From Hydrogenophilales bacterium CG_4_10_14_3_um_filter_58_23 (GTDB lineage: Bacteria; Pseudomonadota; Gammaproteobacteria; Burkholderiales; Sulfuricellaceae): a stretch of DNA of 64,000 bases. Both the position numbers and the translations under genes were made by a program. The stretch spans positions 8,597 to 72,596 of the forward strand of contig PFJY01000122.1 in assembly GCA_002784065.1 (NCBI GenBank), read 5' to 3'. Below the pieces are notes generated by a model. That model did not search any database. It was given only the letters and a program-made list of their open reading frames with translations, and was not told the DNA's origin. Within the stretch, counting starts at the first letter, position 1; each line of letters begins with the position of its first letter. Shown here in pieces: positions 21,051-36,191 of the stretch.

Positions 21051-21581
21051 ATGAAATTCATTCAGCATCAGGGGCGAATGAATCACTTGCGGGTACAAAT
21101 CCAGCAGGGCTTCACCTTGATCGAGCTGATGGTCACTATCGCGGTGCTGGGGATTTTGCTGGCCATCGCGGTTCCGTCCTTCATGGACGCCGTGCTGGGC
21201 AGCAAGCTCAGCTCGGCTGCCAACAGTCTTGTCGCCAACGCCTATCTGGCGCGCGGAGAGGCTATCAAGCGCAATGGTGTGGTTCAGCTCTGCGCCGGAT
21301 CAAGCTGCCCGGGAAGTGGTGGCTGGGAGCAGGGATGGATTGTGCGTGCGGCGGACGGCACGGTCATCCAGCGTCAATCGGCGTTATCCCCCGGTTTGAA
21401 AATGACGGAATCAGGTGGCATCAACAGCATCGATTTTCAGCCGACCGGGGTGGGCGTCACACAGGCCACACTGACCGTCTGTCGCGCCACGCCCAGCGTG
21501 GGCAGCCAGGAACGCGTGATTTCTATCAGTGCAACCGGTCGCGCTTCGGTCACCAAGACAACGACTGGCTCCTGTCCGTAA
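21051..21581 (+). CDS. GspH/FimT-family minor pilin (FimT/FimU)
   Basis: GFTLIELMVTIAVLGILLAIAVPSF..ARGEAIKRN..GWEQGWIV. Confidence 0.85.
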   Translation: MKFIQHQGRMNHLRVQIQQGFTLIELMVTIAVLGILLAIAVPSFMDAVLGSKLSSAANSLVANAYLARGEAIKRNGVVQLCAGSSCPGSGGWEQGWIVRAADGTVIQRQSALSPGLKMTESGGINSIDFQPTGVGVTQATLTVCRATPSVGSQERVISISATGRASVTKTTTGSCP

Positions 21582-21663
21582 AAAAATTGCGCCCTTAGCC
21601 ACTCCGTGCCAAGGGTGCAATCCAACGCCCCCTCCTTAAGCGGGAAATCATCAAGATTTGAAC

Positions 21664-22701
21664 ATGGATATTTTGATTGTCGGCGGTGGTGTGATTGGTT
21701 TGGGTAGCGCGCTTGAACTTGCACTGGGCGGCGCCACTGTGACTGTACTGGAGCGAGGGACATGCGGCGGCGAATCCTCCTGGGCGGGCGGAGGGATATT
21801 ATCGCCGCTGTTGCCTTGGGATTACCCGGCGGCAGTGACCGACCTGACACAGTTGAGTTGTCGGCTTTATCCAGAGTGGGTGGCGCGCGTTGCCGAAATC
21901 AGCGGTATCGACCCGGAATATCGGGTCAGCGGGTTGCGGGTCTTGCCCCCATTTGGTGCCGAGAGGGCCGTGCAATGGTGTGCCGGTCAGGGTGTGCGGC
22001 TGGAGCAGGATGGCGAGGGTTTGTGGTTGCCGGATGTCGCGCAGGTGCGCAATCCGCGCCTGATGAAGGCGCTGCGCCTCGCGCTGGAGCGGATGGGGGC
22101 GCGGATTGTGGAACGGGCCGAGGTGACCGGGATCGTGTCCACGGAAAATCGGGTGGAGCGACTGGATACCACGGCGGGGCCTTTTGCGGCGGGGTGCTAT
22201 GTCGTTGCCGCCGGGGCCTGGAGCAAGAAGTTGCTGGGAAAGTATGGCGTGCAGCTCGATATCAGGCCCGTGCGCGGCCAGATGCTGCTGTACAGGGCAC
22301 AGCCCGGAATGCTGCGGCATATTATCCTGCAGAACGGTACTTACCTGATTCCTCGCGTTGACGGACATATTCTGGTCGGCAGCACCCTGGAGGACGTCGG
22401 CTTCGACAAGGCGACGACCGGGGAGGCCAGGGCTGAACTTCATGCACGGGCACTGGGCATGCTGCCTCAACTGGCCCAGGCAGAGTTCATCAAGCACTGG
22501 GCGGGTCTGCGCCCCGGATCGCCTGACAATGTCCCGATCATCGCCCAGCATCCACAGCTGGAGAACCTTTTTCTCAACAGCGGGCATTTTCGCTACGGCG
22601 TCACCATGGCGCCGGCGAGCGCTAAAATTCTCGCAAATCGTCTATTTAACCGGGAACGACCTTCCGATTGTTCGAGCTATGATTGGCCAAGGTTGAATTA
22701 A
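21664..22701 (+). CDS. thiO: Glycine oxidase (FAD-dependent)
   Basis: IVGGGVIG, SWAGGGILSPL, PVRGQM, WAGLRP, GHFRYG. Confidence 0.85.
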   Translation: MDILIVGGGVIGLGSALELALGGATVTVLERGTCGGESSWAGGGILSPLLPWDYPAAVTDLTQLSCRLYPEWVARVAEISGIDPEYRVSGLRVLPPFGAERAVQWCAGQGVRLEQDGEGLWLPDVAQVRNPRLMKALRLALERMGARIVERAEVTGIVSTENRVERLDTTAGPFAAGCYVVAAGAWSKKLLGKYGVQLDIRPVRGQMLLYRAQPGMLRHIILQNGTYLIPRVDGHILVGSTLEDVGFDKATTGEARAELHARALGMLPQLAQAEFIKHWAGLRPGSPDNVPIIAQHPQLENLFLNSGHFRYGVTMAPASAKILANRLFNRERPSDCSSYDWPRLN

Positions 22702-22748
22702 TCCGGGCTTATCTGAATTGAAATTTTGGTTGCGTTTTGTCAACTGCG

Positions 22749-22796
22749 ATACTAGAATTAGTGGTAGATTGATAGTCTAGACACAATATGTTGTGG
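22749..22796 (+). promoter_or_regulatory. Tandem NrdR boxes
   Basis: ATACTAGAATTAGTGG (22749) and ACACAATATGTTGTGG (22781), 32 bp apart, upstream of nrdA; match acaCwAtATaTwGtg. Confidence 0.8.
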
Positions 22797-22862
22797 ATAT
22801 GTTGAGGACAAGAGGCTAGTCACGCAGACGTACCGCAATAACAAAACAGGAGGATAACCCCC

Positions 22863-25727
<2,865 letters not shown>

Positions 25728-25748
25728 AAGGCGACTAACCACAGCCAT

Positions 25749-25890
25749 GTAGGTTGGGTTAGCGGCTTTATCGCGTAACCCAACAGACCCAAACTTCCTT
25801 AAAAATGTTGGTTTCGCCTAGGAGCCTACTTTTGGTGAAGTTTGGGTCTGTTGGGTTACGGCGCAAAAAACCGCGCCTAACCCAACCTAC
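25749..25890. repeat. REPIN (GTAGGTTGGGTTAG family)
   Basis: GTAGGTTGGGTTAGCG..TAACCCAACAGACCCAAACTTC and an inverted arm ending CTAACCCAACCTAC; internal TCGCCTAGGAGCCTACTTTT module. Confidence 0.88.
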
Positions 25891-25928
25891 ATGAACCGAG
25901 GTGAAGAAATAATCAAGGAGACAATAAT

Positions 25929-27050
25929 ATGCTGAATTTCGAAGACACTACCCCCGTCAAGCCCATGCCGCAAGCCGCACCGCAGTCGGCCGCCGCGCCC
26001 CTATCTGCTGCCCTCACCGGCATTCACGACACCCGCCGCATTCGCGCCGAGGACAAGCGCATCATCAACGGCGGCGCCGACGTTAACCAGCTGGTGCCGT
26101 TCAAGTACAAATGGGCGTGGGACAAATACCTGAATGCCTGCGCCAACCACTGGATGCCGCAGGAAGTGAACATGAACCGCGACATCGCGCTGTGGAAAGA
26201 CCCCAACGGCCTGACCGACGACGAGCGCCGCATCGTCCTGCGCAACCTCGGCTTCTTCACCACCGCCGACAGCCTCGCCGCCAACAACATCGTGCTTGGC
26301 ACCTACCGCCACATCACCGCGCCGGAATGCCGCCAATACCTGCTGCGCCAGGCGTTCGAAGAGGCCATCCACACCCACGCCTACCAGTACATCGTCGAAA
26401 GCCTGGGACTGGACGAGGGCGAAATATTCAACATGTACCATGAGATTCCCTCGATCCGCGACAAGGACGAGTTCCTGATCCCGTTCATCGACACCCTGTG
26501 CAACCCCGACTTCAAGACCGGCACGCCGGAAGACGACCAGAAACTGCTGCGCTCGATCATCGTCTTCGCATGCATCATGGAAGGCATCTTCTTCTACGTC
26601 GGCTTCGTGCAGATTTTGGCTTTGGGCCGGATGAACAAGATGGTGGGCGCCGCCGAGCAGTACCAGTACATCCTGCGTGACGAGTCCATGCACCTCAACT
26701 TCGGCGTCGATCTCATTAACCAGATCAAGATGGAAAACCCGCACCTGTGGACGTCTGAATTCCGCGTCGAGATCGCCAGCCTGATCAAGAAAGCGGTGGA
26801 ACTGGAATACGCCTATGCTGAAGACACCATGCCGCGCGGCGTGCTCGGCATGAACGCCTCGATGTTCAAGGAATACCTGCGCTTCATCGCCAACCGCCGT
26901 TGCCAGCAGATCGGGCTGGACCCGCTTTATGCGGGGGCGAACAATCCGTTCCCGTGGATGAGCGAGATGATGGATTTGAAGAAGGAGAAGAACTTCTTTG
27001 AAACCAGGGTGACCGAGTATCAGAGCGGTGGGGCGCTGAGCTGGGATTAA
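25929..27050 (+). CDS. nrdB: Ribonucleoside-diphosphate reductase beta subunit
   Basis: [16 protein letters not shown] (radical Tyr present), [21 protein letters not shown]. Confidence 0.96.
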   Translation: MLNFEDTTPVKPMPQAAPQSAAAPLSAALTGIHDTRRIRAEDKRIINGGADVNQLVPFKYKWAWDKYLNACANHWMPQEVNMNRDIALWKDPNGLTDDERRIVLRNLGFFTTADSLAANNIVLGTYRHITAPECRQYLLRQAFEEAIHTHAYQYIVESLGLDEGEIFNMYHEIPSIRDKDEFLIPFIDTLCNPDFKTGTPEDDQKLLRSIIVFACIMEGIFFYVGFVQILALGRMNKMVGAAEQYQYILRDESMHLNFGVDLINQIKMENPHLWTSEFRVEIASLIKKAVELEYAYAEDTMPRGVLGMNASMFKEYLRFIANRRCQQIGLDPLYAGANNPFPWMSEMMDLKKEKNFFETRVTEYQSGGALSWD

Positions 27051-27153
27051 AAAGCTATCGAACCGCAGAGGGCGCGGAGGGCGCAAAGGGCGCAAAGGGA
27101 TTTAAATGCTGGTCGTGAAGCGCACTCACCTGGCCGGTTTTTACATGATCCGA

Positions 27154-27771
27154 TTACGACGAAGGGGCGGATGCAGTTTTGCCGATTTTACTCGGGTAGG
27201 CCCATCCGTTGCGCCAGGCGCCAATGACCATGTTGGGATACTCCGGCCTGCCCAGGCTGCCATTGTAGCGGCCCAGGGCGCGGAACAGATCGCCTTTTTC
27301 GATGTCGAGGTAGTGCCTGAGGATGGTGCAGCCGTAGCGCAGGTTGGTGCGGGTGTGGAACAGGTTCTGGTCGGGGGTGCCGATATGCTTGACCCAGAAC
27401 GGCATGACCTGCATGTAGCCGCGTGCTCCGGCACCGGATATGGCATATTTCTTGAAGCCGCTTTCCACCTGGATCAACCCCAGCACCATCTGGGGGTCGA
27501 GACCCGCGCGGGAGGCCTCGTAGTTTACGGTTTTCAGGAAGTCCATGCGCACGATTCGGTCAGGAATGCGCTTCTCCATGCGTCGTGACATTTCCGCTAT
27601 CCAGATATTGGCATCGGCTTGCGAGTCGAAGACCAGGCGCGGAGAAGCGCCATCGCTGACTGATTTATGCAATGCCGCCTGCACGCTGGCGGAGAGCGGC
27701 TCCTCGCTCTGCGTGCCGGCGTGGGCCGACAGGCTGATTAACAGTACAAGGAGGACAATTAGATTATGCAT
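27154..27771 (-). CDS. Lytic transglycosylase (SLT domain)
   Basis: Signal peptide; [24 protein letters not shown]. Confidence 0.9.
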   Translation of the reverse strand: MHNLIVLLVLLISLSAHAGTQSEEPLSASVQAALHKSVSDGASPRLVFDSQADANIWIAEMSRRMEKRIPDRIVRMDFLKTVNYEASRAGLDPQMVLGLIQVESGFKKYAISGAGARGYMQVMPFWVKHIGTPDQNLFHTRTNLRYGCTILRHYLDIEKGDLFRALGRYNGSLGRPEYPNMVIGAWRNGWAYPSKIGKTASAPSS

Positions 27772-29474
27772 GTTACTGATTTTAGGTGACTCACAATATT
27801 TTGCAAGGGGATAGTCGTGGCTTTGTCATCCCGGCGCCCCTGGTATTCCACGTTGCCTTCCTTCAACCCGCGCTCGCCGATCACGATACGGTGCGGGATG
27901 CCGACCAGTTCAAGGTCGGCAAACATGATGCCGGGGCGCTCGTCGCGGTCGTCCAGCAGCACTTCGATGCCTGTGGCCATGAGTTCGGCGTAGAGCTTCT
28001 CGACCGTTTCCTTCACCCGTTCGCTCCGGTTGATGCCGATCGGTACGATGGCGAGCTGGAACGGCGCCATCGCGGGCGGGAAGACGATGCCGTGCTGGTC
28101 GTTGCCCTGCTCGATGGCGGCGGCAACAATGCGCGAGACGCCGATGCCGTAGCAGCCCATTTCCATTACCTGCTCCTTGCCATTCTCGTCCAGAAAAGTG
28201 GCTTTCATCGCTGCGGAATACTGGGTGCGTAGCTGGAAAATATGGCCGACTTCGATGCCTCGGCACAGCTCCAGTTTTCCCTTGCCGTCCGGGCTATCAT
28301 CGCCTTCCACCACGTTGCGGATGTCGACCACTTCTTTTAGCTCCGGCAGGTCGCGGCCAATATTGACGCCGGTGAGGTGATAGCCATCCTCATTGGCGCC
28401 ACATACAAAGTCGCTCATGGCGGCTACCGCGCGGTCGGCGATGAGGGTGACGTCAAGGCCGACCGGACCGAGCGAGCCGGCGTTGCAGCCGGCGGCGGCA
28501 CGAATTTGCGCGTCGGCGGCAAAGCGCGGCGGCTGGGCAAGCTGGAGCAGCTTGCCGGCCTTGACCTCGTTGAGCTGGTGATCGCCGCGCAGCAGCAGCG
28601 CCACGACGCCGCCATCGCGCCCTTCCAGCAGCAGTGTTTTAACGACCCGGTGTGCGGGTATATCTAGAAATTCGCAGATTTCCTCGATACTGTGTTTGCC
28701 GGGCGTGGCGACTTTTTGCATCGCTTCGACCGGAACGGGGCGTGGCATGGAGGGGGAAACCGCTTCGGCCAGCTCGATGTTGGCGGCATAGTCGGAACTG
28801 GGGCAGAAGGCGATGGCGTCCTCGCCGGAATCGGCCAGGACGTGAAACTCGTGCGAGCCGGTACCGCCGATCGCGCCGGTATCCGCCGCCACGGCGCGGA
28901 ATTTCAGGCCGAGGCGGGAGAAAATGCGGCTATAGCAGTCATGCATCACCTGGTAGGTCTGCGCCAGGCTGGCGAAGTTGGCGTGGAAGGAATAAGCGTC
29001 TTTCATCACGAACTCGCGCGCGCGCATCACGCCGAAACGCGGGCGGATTTCGTCGCGAAACTTGGTTTGAATCTGGTAGAAGTTCACCGGCAGCTGGCGG
29101 TAGCTCTTGATTTCGCGCCGCGCGATGTCGGCGATCACCTCTTCGTGGGTCGGCCCGAAGCAGAAGTCGCGCCCATGGCGGTCCTTGATCTTCAGCATCT
29201 GCGGGCCAAACACGTCCCAGCGCCCGGTTTCCTGCCATAGCTCGGCGGGAACAACCGCCGGCATCAACAGTTCGACTGCGCCGCTTTGGTTCATTTCCTC
29301 GCGCACGATGTTTTCGACCTTGCGCAGCACGCGCAGGCCCAAGGGCATCCAGGTATACAGGCCGCTGCCAAGGCGCTTGATCAGGCCGGCGCGGAGCATC
29401 AGTTTGTGGCTGACCAACTCGGCTTCGGCGGGTGCTTCCTTGAGGGTGGACAGGAAAAATTGTGATACACGCAT
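27759..29474 (-). CDS. proS: Proline--tRNA ligase
   Basis: [30 protein letters not shown], editing insert, [18 protein letters not shown]. Confidence 0.97.
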   Translation of the reverse strand: MRVSQFFLSTLKEAPAEAELVSHKLMLRAGLIKRLGSGLYTWMPLGLRVLRKVENIVREEMNQSGAVELLMPAVVPAELWQETGRWDVFGPQMLKIKDRHGRDFCFGPTHEEVIADIARREIKSYRQLPVNFYQIQTKFRDEIRPRFGVMRAREFVMKDAYSFHANFASLAQTYQVMHDCYSRIFSRLGLKFRAVAADTGAIGGTGSHEFHVLADSGEDAIAFCPSSDYAANIELAEAVSPSMPRPVPVEAMQKVATPGKHSIEEICEFLDIPAHRVVKTLLLEGRDGGVVALLLRGDHQLNEVKAGKLLQLAQPPRFAADAQIRAAAGCNAGSLGPVGLDVTLIADRAVAAMSDFVCGANEDGYHLTGVNIGRDLPELKEVVDIRNVVEGDDSPDGKGKLELCRGIEVGHIFQLRTQYSAAMKATFLDENGKEQVMEMGCYGIGVSRIVAAAIEQGNDQHGIVFPPAMAPFQLAIVPIGINRSERVKETVEKLYAELMATGIEVLLDDRDERPGIMFADLELVGIPHRIVIGERGLKEGNVEYQGRRDDKATTIPLQNIVSHLKSVTCII

Positions 29475-29610
29475 AGGTGTCAGGTACCGTAGTCAAATTC
29501 CGAATTCATGATTTTAACCGAAAACAAGGCGTTTATTGGATTGATTTGGACTGTAAATAGCAGTAGCCTATAAATGTTCTGTATCGTTTAACTAAAAAAA
29601 GGGAATTATT

Positions 29611-29934
29611 ATGTACAGCGAGGTCGATGAAGTGGCCGATGCAAGCAAGGAAAAACTGGTTGCGGATTTTAAAGTGGTGGTGGCTGATGCAGAAGCGCTG
29701 CTCAGGGCGACCGCTAATGATGCGGGTGAAAAGGTGGTGGCTGCGCGCGAAAAAATCCAGTCCAGCCTAGTTGAAGCTAAAGTGCAGTTGGCACGGGCTG
29801 AAGCGGCGATTATAGACAAAACCAGGCAGGCTGCCCGTGCCACGGATCGGTATGTGCATGACAATCCGTGGAAGGCAGTGGGCATTTCCGCCTGTGTCGG
29901 GCTGGTGATCGGTGTCCTGATCGTGCGTCGCTGA
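29611..29934 (+). CDS. DUF883 / ElaB-YqjD family membrane-anchored ribosome-binding protein
   Basis: DAEALLRAT..YVHDNPWKAVG..C-terminal TM plus RR. Confidence 0.88.
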   Translation: MYSEVDEVADASKEKLVADFKVVVADAEALLRATANDAGEKVVAAREKIQSSLVEAKVQLARAEAAIIDKTRQAARATDRYVHDNPWKAVGISACVGLVIGVLIVRR

Positions 29935-29947
29935 CATTCGGATAGCT

Positions 29948-30340
29948 ATGACGGAAACCGATGCAGGCATAGCGCGTGCCACTGGATTGTTTGCTTCCCT
30001 GCGCAATTTTGCCGCCACCCTAACGGCGGTAGCCCAGACCAGGCTGGAGTTGTTGGCGAATGAAGTGGAAGAGGAAAAGCTCCGCTTCGGTCAGTTGCTG
30101 TTGTTCGGTAGTATCGCGTTGTTTTGCCTGGCTGTTGGCAGCGTGTTTTTCGCGATATTCGTCACCGTCCTGCTCTGGGAGAGTCACCGGCTGTTGGTTC
30201 TGGGCGGTTTGGCCGTGCTTTTTTTTAGCCTCGGTGGTGTGGCTGTTGCGATGTTTCGTGCCCGCGCTTCTGTCGGGAGCCGATTATTTTCGGCCAGCCT
30301 GGCAGAGCTAGGCAAAGACCGCCAGCAGTTGTCGCCATAA
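29948..30340 (+). CDS. YqjE-like (phage-holin superfamily) membrane protein
   Basis: QTRLELLANEVEEEK, two TM segments, FSASLAELGKDR. Confidence 0.85.
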   Translation: MTETDAGIARATGLFASLRNFAATLTAVAQTRLELLANEVEEEKLRFGQLLLFGSIALFCLAVGSVFFAIFVTVLLWESHRLLVLGGLAVLFFSLGGVAVAMFRARASVGSRLFSASLAELGKDRQQLSP

Positions 30341-30642
30341 TGGGGGCCGAGAAACGGTTGGCCGAGCTTTCCCGGAGGCGTGTCGAACTGGTGGCGCGTA
30401 GCGCGGCACAACGCGCTGAATTGGATGAACTCTGTCATGTCTGGCGTGTGCCGATGGCGATTGTCGATCGGGGCGTAACCGTATGGCGCTTCCTTCGCGT
30501 GCATCCGGCCTTGTTGGTCGGGCTAGGCGCTGCCTTTGCGGTGGCCCGACCGCGCAGGGCGGTAAAATGGCTCGGTCGTGGCTGGGCATTGTGGCGTTTT
30601 TTCGCGGCATGGCAGCCGGGTACGGGAAGCCGAATTGACTGA
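30340..30642 (+). CDS. YqjK-family protein
   Basis: RRVELVARSAAQRAEL..RPRR..W; third gene of a yqjDEK-like triad. Confidence 0.8.
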   Translation: MGAEKRLAELSRRRVELVARSAAQRAELDELCHVWRVPMAIVDRGVTVWRFLRVHPALLVGLGAAFAVARPRRAVKWLGRGWALWRFFAAWQPGTGSRID

Positions 30643-30700
30643 CCGTGGCCGATGATTGTTTTTTGCCACTGAGTAGTCTGTCAACATGAAAAAACTGTGC

Positions 30701-30762
30701 GTAGGAGCGACCTCCAGGTCGCGATTTGGCGCTGACCATCGCGGCCAGGAGGCTGCTCCTAA
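30701..30762. repeat. REP doublet (GTAGGAGCG family)
   Basis: GTAGGAGCGACCTCCAGGTCGCGAT..ATCGCGGCCAGGAGGCTGCTCCTAA. Confidence 0.75.
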
Positions 30763-30919
30763 TCACGCAAATTCAACGTGACTGAATTCCCAATTTCTTT
30801 CCTTGCCGCATCCAGCCGGCAGGTGCGAGTCGTCCTGCGCCCTTATTGACACAACCCGGATATATGAAGTGGAGCGACCGGGCTTATCTTGTTTTTTTCT
30901 CCGTTACATCGAGGTCACA

Positions 30920-31708
30920 ATGGGAATGTTTTTCGGGCGGCGTATTCATAAATCGGTCGCCGCAGGTGATGTTGTAGACGTTAGTGAGCGCGATGGCGTG
31001 CGTTCGTTGCATCTGGGCAGTCAGACGGTGCAAAGTTCGATGCGCATCAGCGCGCCCAACGAGCTTGAGCTTGCTTATACCCGCAGCATGATGGGTTTTC
31101 TCTTGTTCAATCCTGATCCAGTGCGATTCCTGATGGTTGGGTTGGGAGGGGGGTCATTGGCCAAATTCGTTTATCACCACATGCCGACCACACGCATCGC
31201 GGCGGTGGAACTGAACTCGCAGGTGGCGGCGGCCGCGCGCGCTTATTTTCATCTGCCGCCTGAAGATGAAAGGTTCGAGGTGGTGATCGCCGAAGGCGGC
31301 CAGTATGTGGCTGAGCACCCCGATAGCGCCGATGTGCTGATGGTGGATGGCTTCGACGGCGTTTCGCTGGCTGATGCACTGGTTACCCAGCGTTATTACG
31401 ACGATAGCTCCGCCGCCTTGAGCGAACGGGGAGTCCTGGCGGTCAACCTGTGGGGCGGCGACAAGAATTTTGACATCTACTTGCAGCGTATCGAGACCAG
31501 TTTCAATGGCCTGACATTGTGCCTGCCTACGGAAAAGTACGGCAACATGGTGGTGTTCGGCTTCAAGCGCAGTCCCGGCAACCCGCGCTGGGACGATCTG
31601 CGCCAGCGCGCCAGAAAGCTGGAGCAGGCGTATGGACTGGAGTTCCTCAAGTTCGTGGAAGGCCTCCGCAGCCTTAATGCCCATACTGAAAAGCGCTTGC
31701 TTATTTAG
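30920..31708 (+). CDS. Spermidine synthase-like SAM-binding protein
   Basis: VQSSM..LELAYTRSMM, GLGGGSLAKF, VELN, LMVDGFD. Confidence 0.8.
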   Translation: MGMFFGRRIHKSVAAGDVVDVSERDGVRSLHLGSQTVQSSMRISAPNELELAYTRSMMGFLLFNPDPVRFLMVGLGGGSLAKFVYHHMPTTRIAAVELNSQVAAAARAYFHLPPEDERFEVVIAEGGQYVAEHPDSADVLMVDGFDGVSLADALVTQRYYDDSSAALSERGVLAVNLWGGDKNFDIYLQRIETSFNGLTLCLPTEKYGNMVVFGFKRSPGNPRWDDLRQRARKLEQAYGLEFLKFVEGLRSLNAHTEKRLLI

Positions 31709-31809
31709 CCCGGATGTTCCATAAATGGATATATGCGTTATTTGGCTTTCATTGCCGGGTGAAATGTGAAAAAATTACGTTAACTTAACGGATTTGAGGT
31801 GTTTCACAA

Positions 31810-32289
31810 ATGATAGACCGGGACGGTTATCGCCCCAATGTCGGCATCATTCTATGCAATGCAAAAAATGAGGTTTTCTGGGGCAAGCGTATCAAGGAGC
31901 ATTCCTGGCAGTTTCCGCAAGGGGGCATCAAGGCTGGGGAATCCCCCGAGCAGGCAATGTTTCGGGAACTGGAGGAGGAAGTTGGGCTGCAACCGCAGCA
32001 TGTGAAGATTATCGGTCGCACCAGGGACTGGATGCGCTACGATGTGCCGCAGAACTGGGTGCGGCGGGGGTGGCGCGGCAGTTACAAGGGCCAGAAGCAA
32101 ATCTGGTTTCTTTTGCGTCTGGTCGGGCGCGACAGCGATGTGTCGTTGCGCGCGTCATCGCATCCCGAGTTCGATGCCTGGCGATGGCACCATTACTGGA
32201 TTCCGCTGGAATCGGTGATCGAATTCAAGCGCAACGTGTACCGCCTGGCGCTCAACGAGCTGGTCGGCTACCTCAATAAATCAGAATAA
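31810..32289 (+). CDS. rppH: RNA pyrophosphohydrolase (Nudix)
   Basis: [47 protein letters not shown]. Confidence 0.95.
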   Translation: MIDRDGYRPNVGIILCNAKNEVFWGKRIKEHSWQFPQGGIKAGESPEQAMFRELEEEVGLQPQHVKIIGRTRDWMRYDVPQNWVRRGWRGSYKGQKQIWFLLRLVGRDSDVSLRASSHPEFDAWRWHHYWIPLESVIEFKRNVYRLALNELVGYLNKSE

Positions 32290-32391
32290 ACATGAAGGAT
32301 GTCGCTGCGGCGAAAGTGGGTCATATCGTCGCAACTCCGAAAATGCGGTCGCCAGCACGCCTTGGCGGTGAATCCTGCCGGTAAGTAGGGA

Positions 32392-32895
32392 ATGAAAAAA
32401 CGCTTTGTCTTGTTGTTGCTGGCTGTTCCTCTGATGGCGTCCGCCGAGTGGGGGAAATTCGAATATGAATTTGATGAGGAAAAGCCATGGGCCGAGATCG
32501 AGGCTCAGCTCCCGCCTTATCCGAAGGAAGAAAATCGGCTGCCGCTATTCGTTAGCGCCGCCACGGATAACCAGTTTTTTGTCGATGCCGCTTCCATCAG
32601 CACAGGTGATGACGGCGTGGTGCGCTACACGATGATCGTTAAGTCATCGGCGGGTGCCGTCAATGTGAGCTTCGAGGGGATACGCTGCGCCAGCCACGAA
32701 AGAAAACTCTATGCATTCGGGCGCAAGGAAGGAAGCTGGTCCAGAGCACACTCCGCCAAGTGGGAACCGATCCGCTACCAGGACCGCAACCGCCAGCATC
32801 ATATGCTTTACGATGATTTCTTTTGTCCCAACGGCATTATCGTGAAAAACCCGCAGGAAGCGGTCGATCTGCTGAAGCGCGGCTTCAGACCTTAA
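32392..32895 (+). CDS. CNP1-like family exported protein
   Basis: Signal peptide; WAEIEAQLPPYP, DGVVRYT, NVSFEGIRC. Confidence 0.75.
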   Translation: MKKRFVLLLLAVPLMASAEWGKFEYEFDEEKPWAEIEAQLPPYPKEENRLPLFVSAATDNQFFVDAASISTGDDGVVRYTMIVKSSAGAVNVSFEGIRCASHERKLYAFGRKEGSWSRAHSAKWEPIRYQDRNRQHHMLYDDFFCPNGIIVKNPQEAVDLLKRGFRP

Positions 32896-32903
32896 AACAC
32901 CCT

Positions 32904-32948
32904 GTAGGGCCGAATTCATTCGGCCAGTGTGAATGAATTCGCACCTAC
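32904..32948. repeat. Short REP doublet (GTAGGGCCGAATTCATTCG family) between convergent genes
   Basis: GTAGGGCCGAATTCATTCGGCC..GAATGAATTCGCACCTAC. Confidence 0.8.
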
Positions 32949-32949
32949 T

Positions 32950-34068
32950 TCAGAGCAACACCAAGTTGTCCCGATGGATCAATTCCGGTTCGGCCACATA
33001 GCCCAGGACAGATTCGATCTCCGCGCTGGCGTGGCGCAGAATTTGTCGAGTTTCCTGCGCGCTGTAATTGACCAGGCCACGGGCAACTTCACGGCCTTTC
33101 GCGTCCAGGCAGGCCACTATTTCACCACGCTGGAAATCACCGGCAACCGCGGTCACGCCGATGGACAGCAGGCTTTTGCCTTTCTTCTGCAGGGCATTGA
33201 CCGCGCCATCGTCGAGCGTGAGTTTTCCGCCCACCTGGAGATGGTCGGCGAGCCATTGTTTGCGGGCCACGGTCTTTATTTCTCCGGCAATCAGTTGGGT
33301 GCCGATCGCTTCACCCTGGGCGAGGCGGATCAGCACGTCCGGCTCTCGTCCCCAGGCGATCACGGTATGGGCGCCGCTGCGAGCCGCACGCTTGGCGGCG
33401 AGAATTTTGGTCAGCATGCCGCCGCGGCCGATATCGCTACCGGCTCCGCCCGCCATGGTTTCCAGTGCCGGGTCGCCGGCGCGCGCTTCGCCCACCAGCG
33501 TGGCGGTAGGGTCCTTGCGCGGATCGGCGGAATACAGGCCGGTCTGGTCGGTCAGGATCACCAGCGCATCCGCATCGATCAGGTTGGTGACCAAGGCCCC
33601 CAGGGTGTCGTTGTCGCCGAAGCGGATTTCCTCGGTGACGACGGTGTCGTTTTCGTTGACGATCGGGATGGCGTTCAGTTCGAGCAGGGTGCGCAGGGTG
33701 GAGCGGGCATTCAGATAGCGCTTGCGGTCGGCGAGGTCGTCGTGGGTCAGCAGGATTTGTGCGGTGTGCAGGCCATGCTTGCGGAAGCAGCTTTCATAGA
33801 CCTGCACCAGCCCCATCTGGCCCACTGCGGCTGCGGCTTGCAGTTCATGCACGGCGCTGGGGCGCTTCTTCCAGCCTAGACGTTGCATCCCCTCGGCGAT
33901 CGCGCCGGAAGAGACTAGCACCACTTCGCGCCCCATGGCTTTGAGGGCGGCAATCTGCGCCGCCCAAGTGGCGATGGCCTGATGGTCGAGGCCGGCACCG
34001 CTGTTGGTGACCAGGCTGCTGCCGACTTTTACGACCAGGCGCTTCGAGTTTTCGATTACGGATTTCAT
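32950..34068 (-). CDS. proB: Glutamate 5-kinase
   Basis: [35 protein letters not shown] domain ending IHRDNL. Confidence 0.96.
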   Translation of the reverse strand: MKSVIENSKRLVVKVGSSLVTNSGAGLDHQAIATWAAQIAALKAMGREVVLVSSGAIAEGMQRLGWKKRPSAVHELQAAAAVGQMGLVQVYESCFRKHGLHTAQILLTHDDLADRKRYLNARSTLRTLLELNAIPIVNENDTVVTEEIRFGDNDTLGALVTNLIDADALVILTDQTGLYSADPRKDPTATLVGEARAGDPALETMAGGAGSDIGRGGMLTKILAAKRAARSGAHTVIAWGREPDVLIRLAQGEAIGTQLIAGEIKTVARKQWLADHLQVGGKLTLDDGAVNALQKKGKSLLSIGVTAVAGDFQRGEIVACLDAKGREVARGLVNYSAQETRQILRHASAEIESVLGYVAEPELIHRDNLVLL

Positions 34069-34101
34069 TCGTTTGGTTTACCGCAGAGGCGTAGAGACTA
34101 T

Positions 34102-34179
34102 GTAGGATGGGTGGTGCGTAGCGATACCCATCATTTGCGCCGCCATTTGATGGGTATCGCTACGCTCCACCCATCCTAC
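34102..34179. repeat. REP doublet (GTAGGATGGGT family)
   Basis: GTAGGATGGGTGGTGCGTAGCGATACCCATCA / TGATGGGTATCGCTACGCTCCACCCATCCTAC, near-perfect inverted pair. Confidence 0.9.
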
Positions 34180-35381
<1,202 letters not shown>

Positions 35382-35391
35382 CAACCCAAAT

Positions 35392-35419
35392 AAAAAGGCC
35401 CTATCGTCCGATAGGGCCT
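35392..35419 (-). terminator. Intrinsic terminator after rplU-rpmA
   Basis: Minus strand AGGCCCTATCG-GA-CGATAGGGCCT followed by TTTT. Confidence 0.75.
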
Positions 35420-35442
35420 AAAGGTTTCACCATCCGGCTGGC

Positions 35443-35700
35443 TTAAGCCGGAGTGATGGTAACCACTTGGTGCCTTGCCGCGCCTTTGATGGCGAAGCTG
35501 ATGGTGCCGGCCACCTTGGCGAACAAGGTGTGATCCTTACCCATGCCAACGAAGTCGCCGGCGTACATCTGGGTGCCGCGCTGGCGCACGATGATGCTGC
35601 CGGCGGAAACCAGTTCGCCGCCGTAGCGCTTCACGCCCAGACGCTTGGAATGAGAGTCGCGGCCGTTGCGTACACTGCCGCCTGCTTTTTTATGTGCCAT
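35443..35700 (-). CDS. rpmA: 50S ribosomal protein L27
   Basis: [36 protein letters not shown]. Confidence 0.98.
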   Translation of the reverse strand: MAHKKAGGSVRNGRDSHSKRLGVKRYGGELVSAGSIIVRQRGTQMYAGDFVGMGKDHTLFAKVAGTISFAIKGAARHQVVTITPA

Positions 35701-35712
35701 TGTTGATTCTCC

Positions 35713-36027
35713 TTACAACGCCGAAATGCCGTCGATGCGGATCTCGGTATAGTTCTGACGATGTCCCTGATGCTTCTGGTAGTGCTTGCGACGACGCATT
35801 TTAAAAATCTGCACCTTATCGCCGCGACCATGAGCGACGACCGTCGCCTTGACTGTTGCACCGCTTACCAGGGGCGTGCCTACCGTGACTGCTTCACCGT
35901 CCGAAACCATCAATATCTGATCCAGTACGATTTCGCTGCCAATGTCTGCCGGTATCTGTTCTATTTTCAATTTTTCGCCAGGGGCAACACGGTATTGCTT
36001 GCCACCGGTTTTTATGACCGCGTACAT
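35713..36027 (-). CDS. rplU: 50S ribosomal protein L21
   Basis: [31 protein letters not shown]. Confidence 0.98.
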   Translation of the reverse strand: MYAVIKTGGKQYRVAPGEKLKIEQIPADIGSEIVLDQILMVSDGEAVTVGTPLVSGATVKATVVAHGRGDKVQIFKMRRRKHYQKHQGHRQNYTEIRIDGISAL

Positions 36028-36128
36028 ATTGAGCTCCACACTTACTTTTAAAAAGGAACGCGATTGTACCAGAATTTCGTGACGAGGGTTAAATATTGTT
36101 TTGAAATCAGGGGTAGGACTGGAAAAAC

Positions 36129-36158
36129 TTGACACCGAATTGCCGTCGTTCCTACCAT
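36129..36158 (+). promoter_or_regulatory. Sigma70 promoter for ispB
   Basis: TTGACA-N18-TACCAT upstream of the ispB start. Confidence 0.5.
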
Positions 36159-36191
36159 TAGCGCTTTTCCACCCAAACCTCTGGATTTTTT

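Noticed and set aside
21596-21612. Possible minus-strand sigma54 promoter TGGCACGGAGTGGCT
   Set aside because: GG-to-GC spacing is one base short and it points antisense into fimT
25929-27050. NrdB as class Ic (Mn/Fe) or metal-free variant
   Set aside because: The first ligand is Asp (TADS) and the radical Tyr is present (HTHAY), consistent with class Ia
29948-30340. Holin as evidence of a prophage
   Set aside because: Part of the chromosomal yqjDEK-like triad; no phage genes nearby
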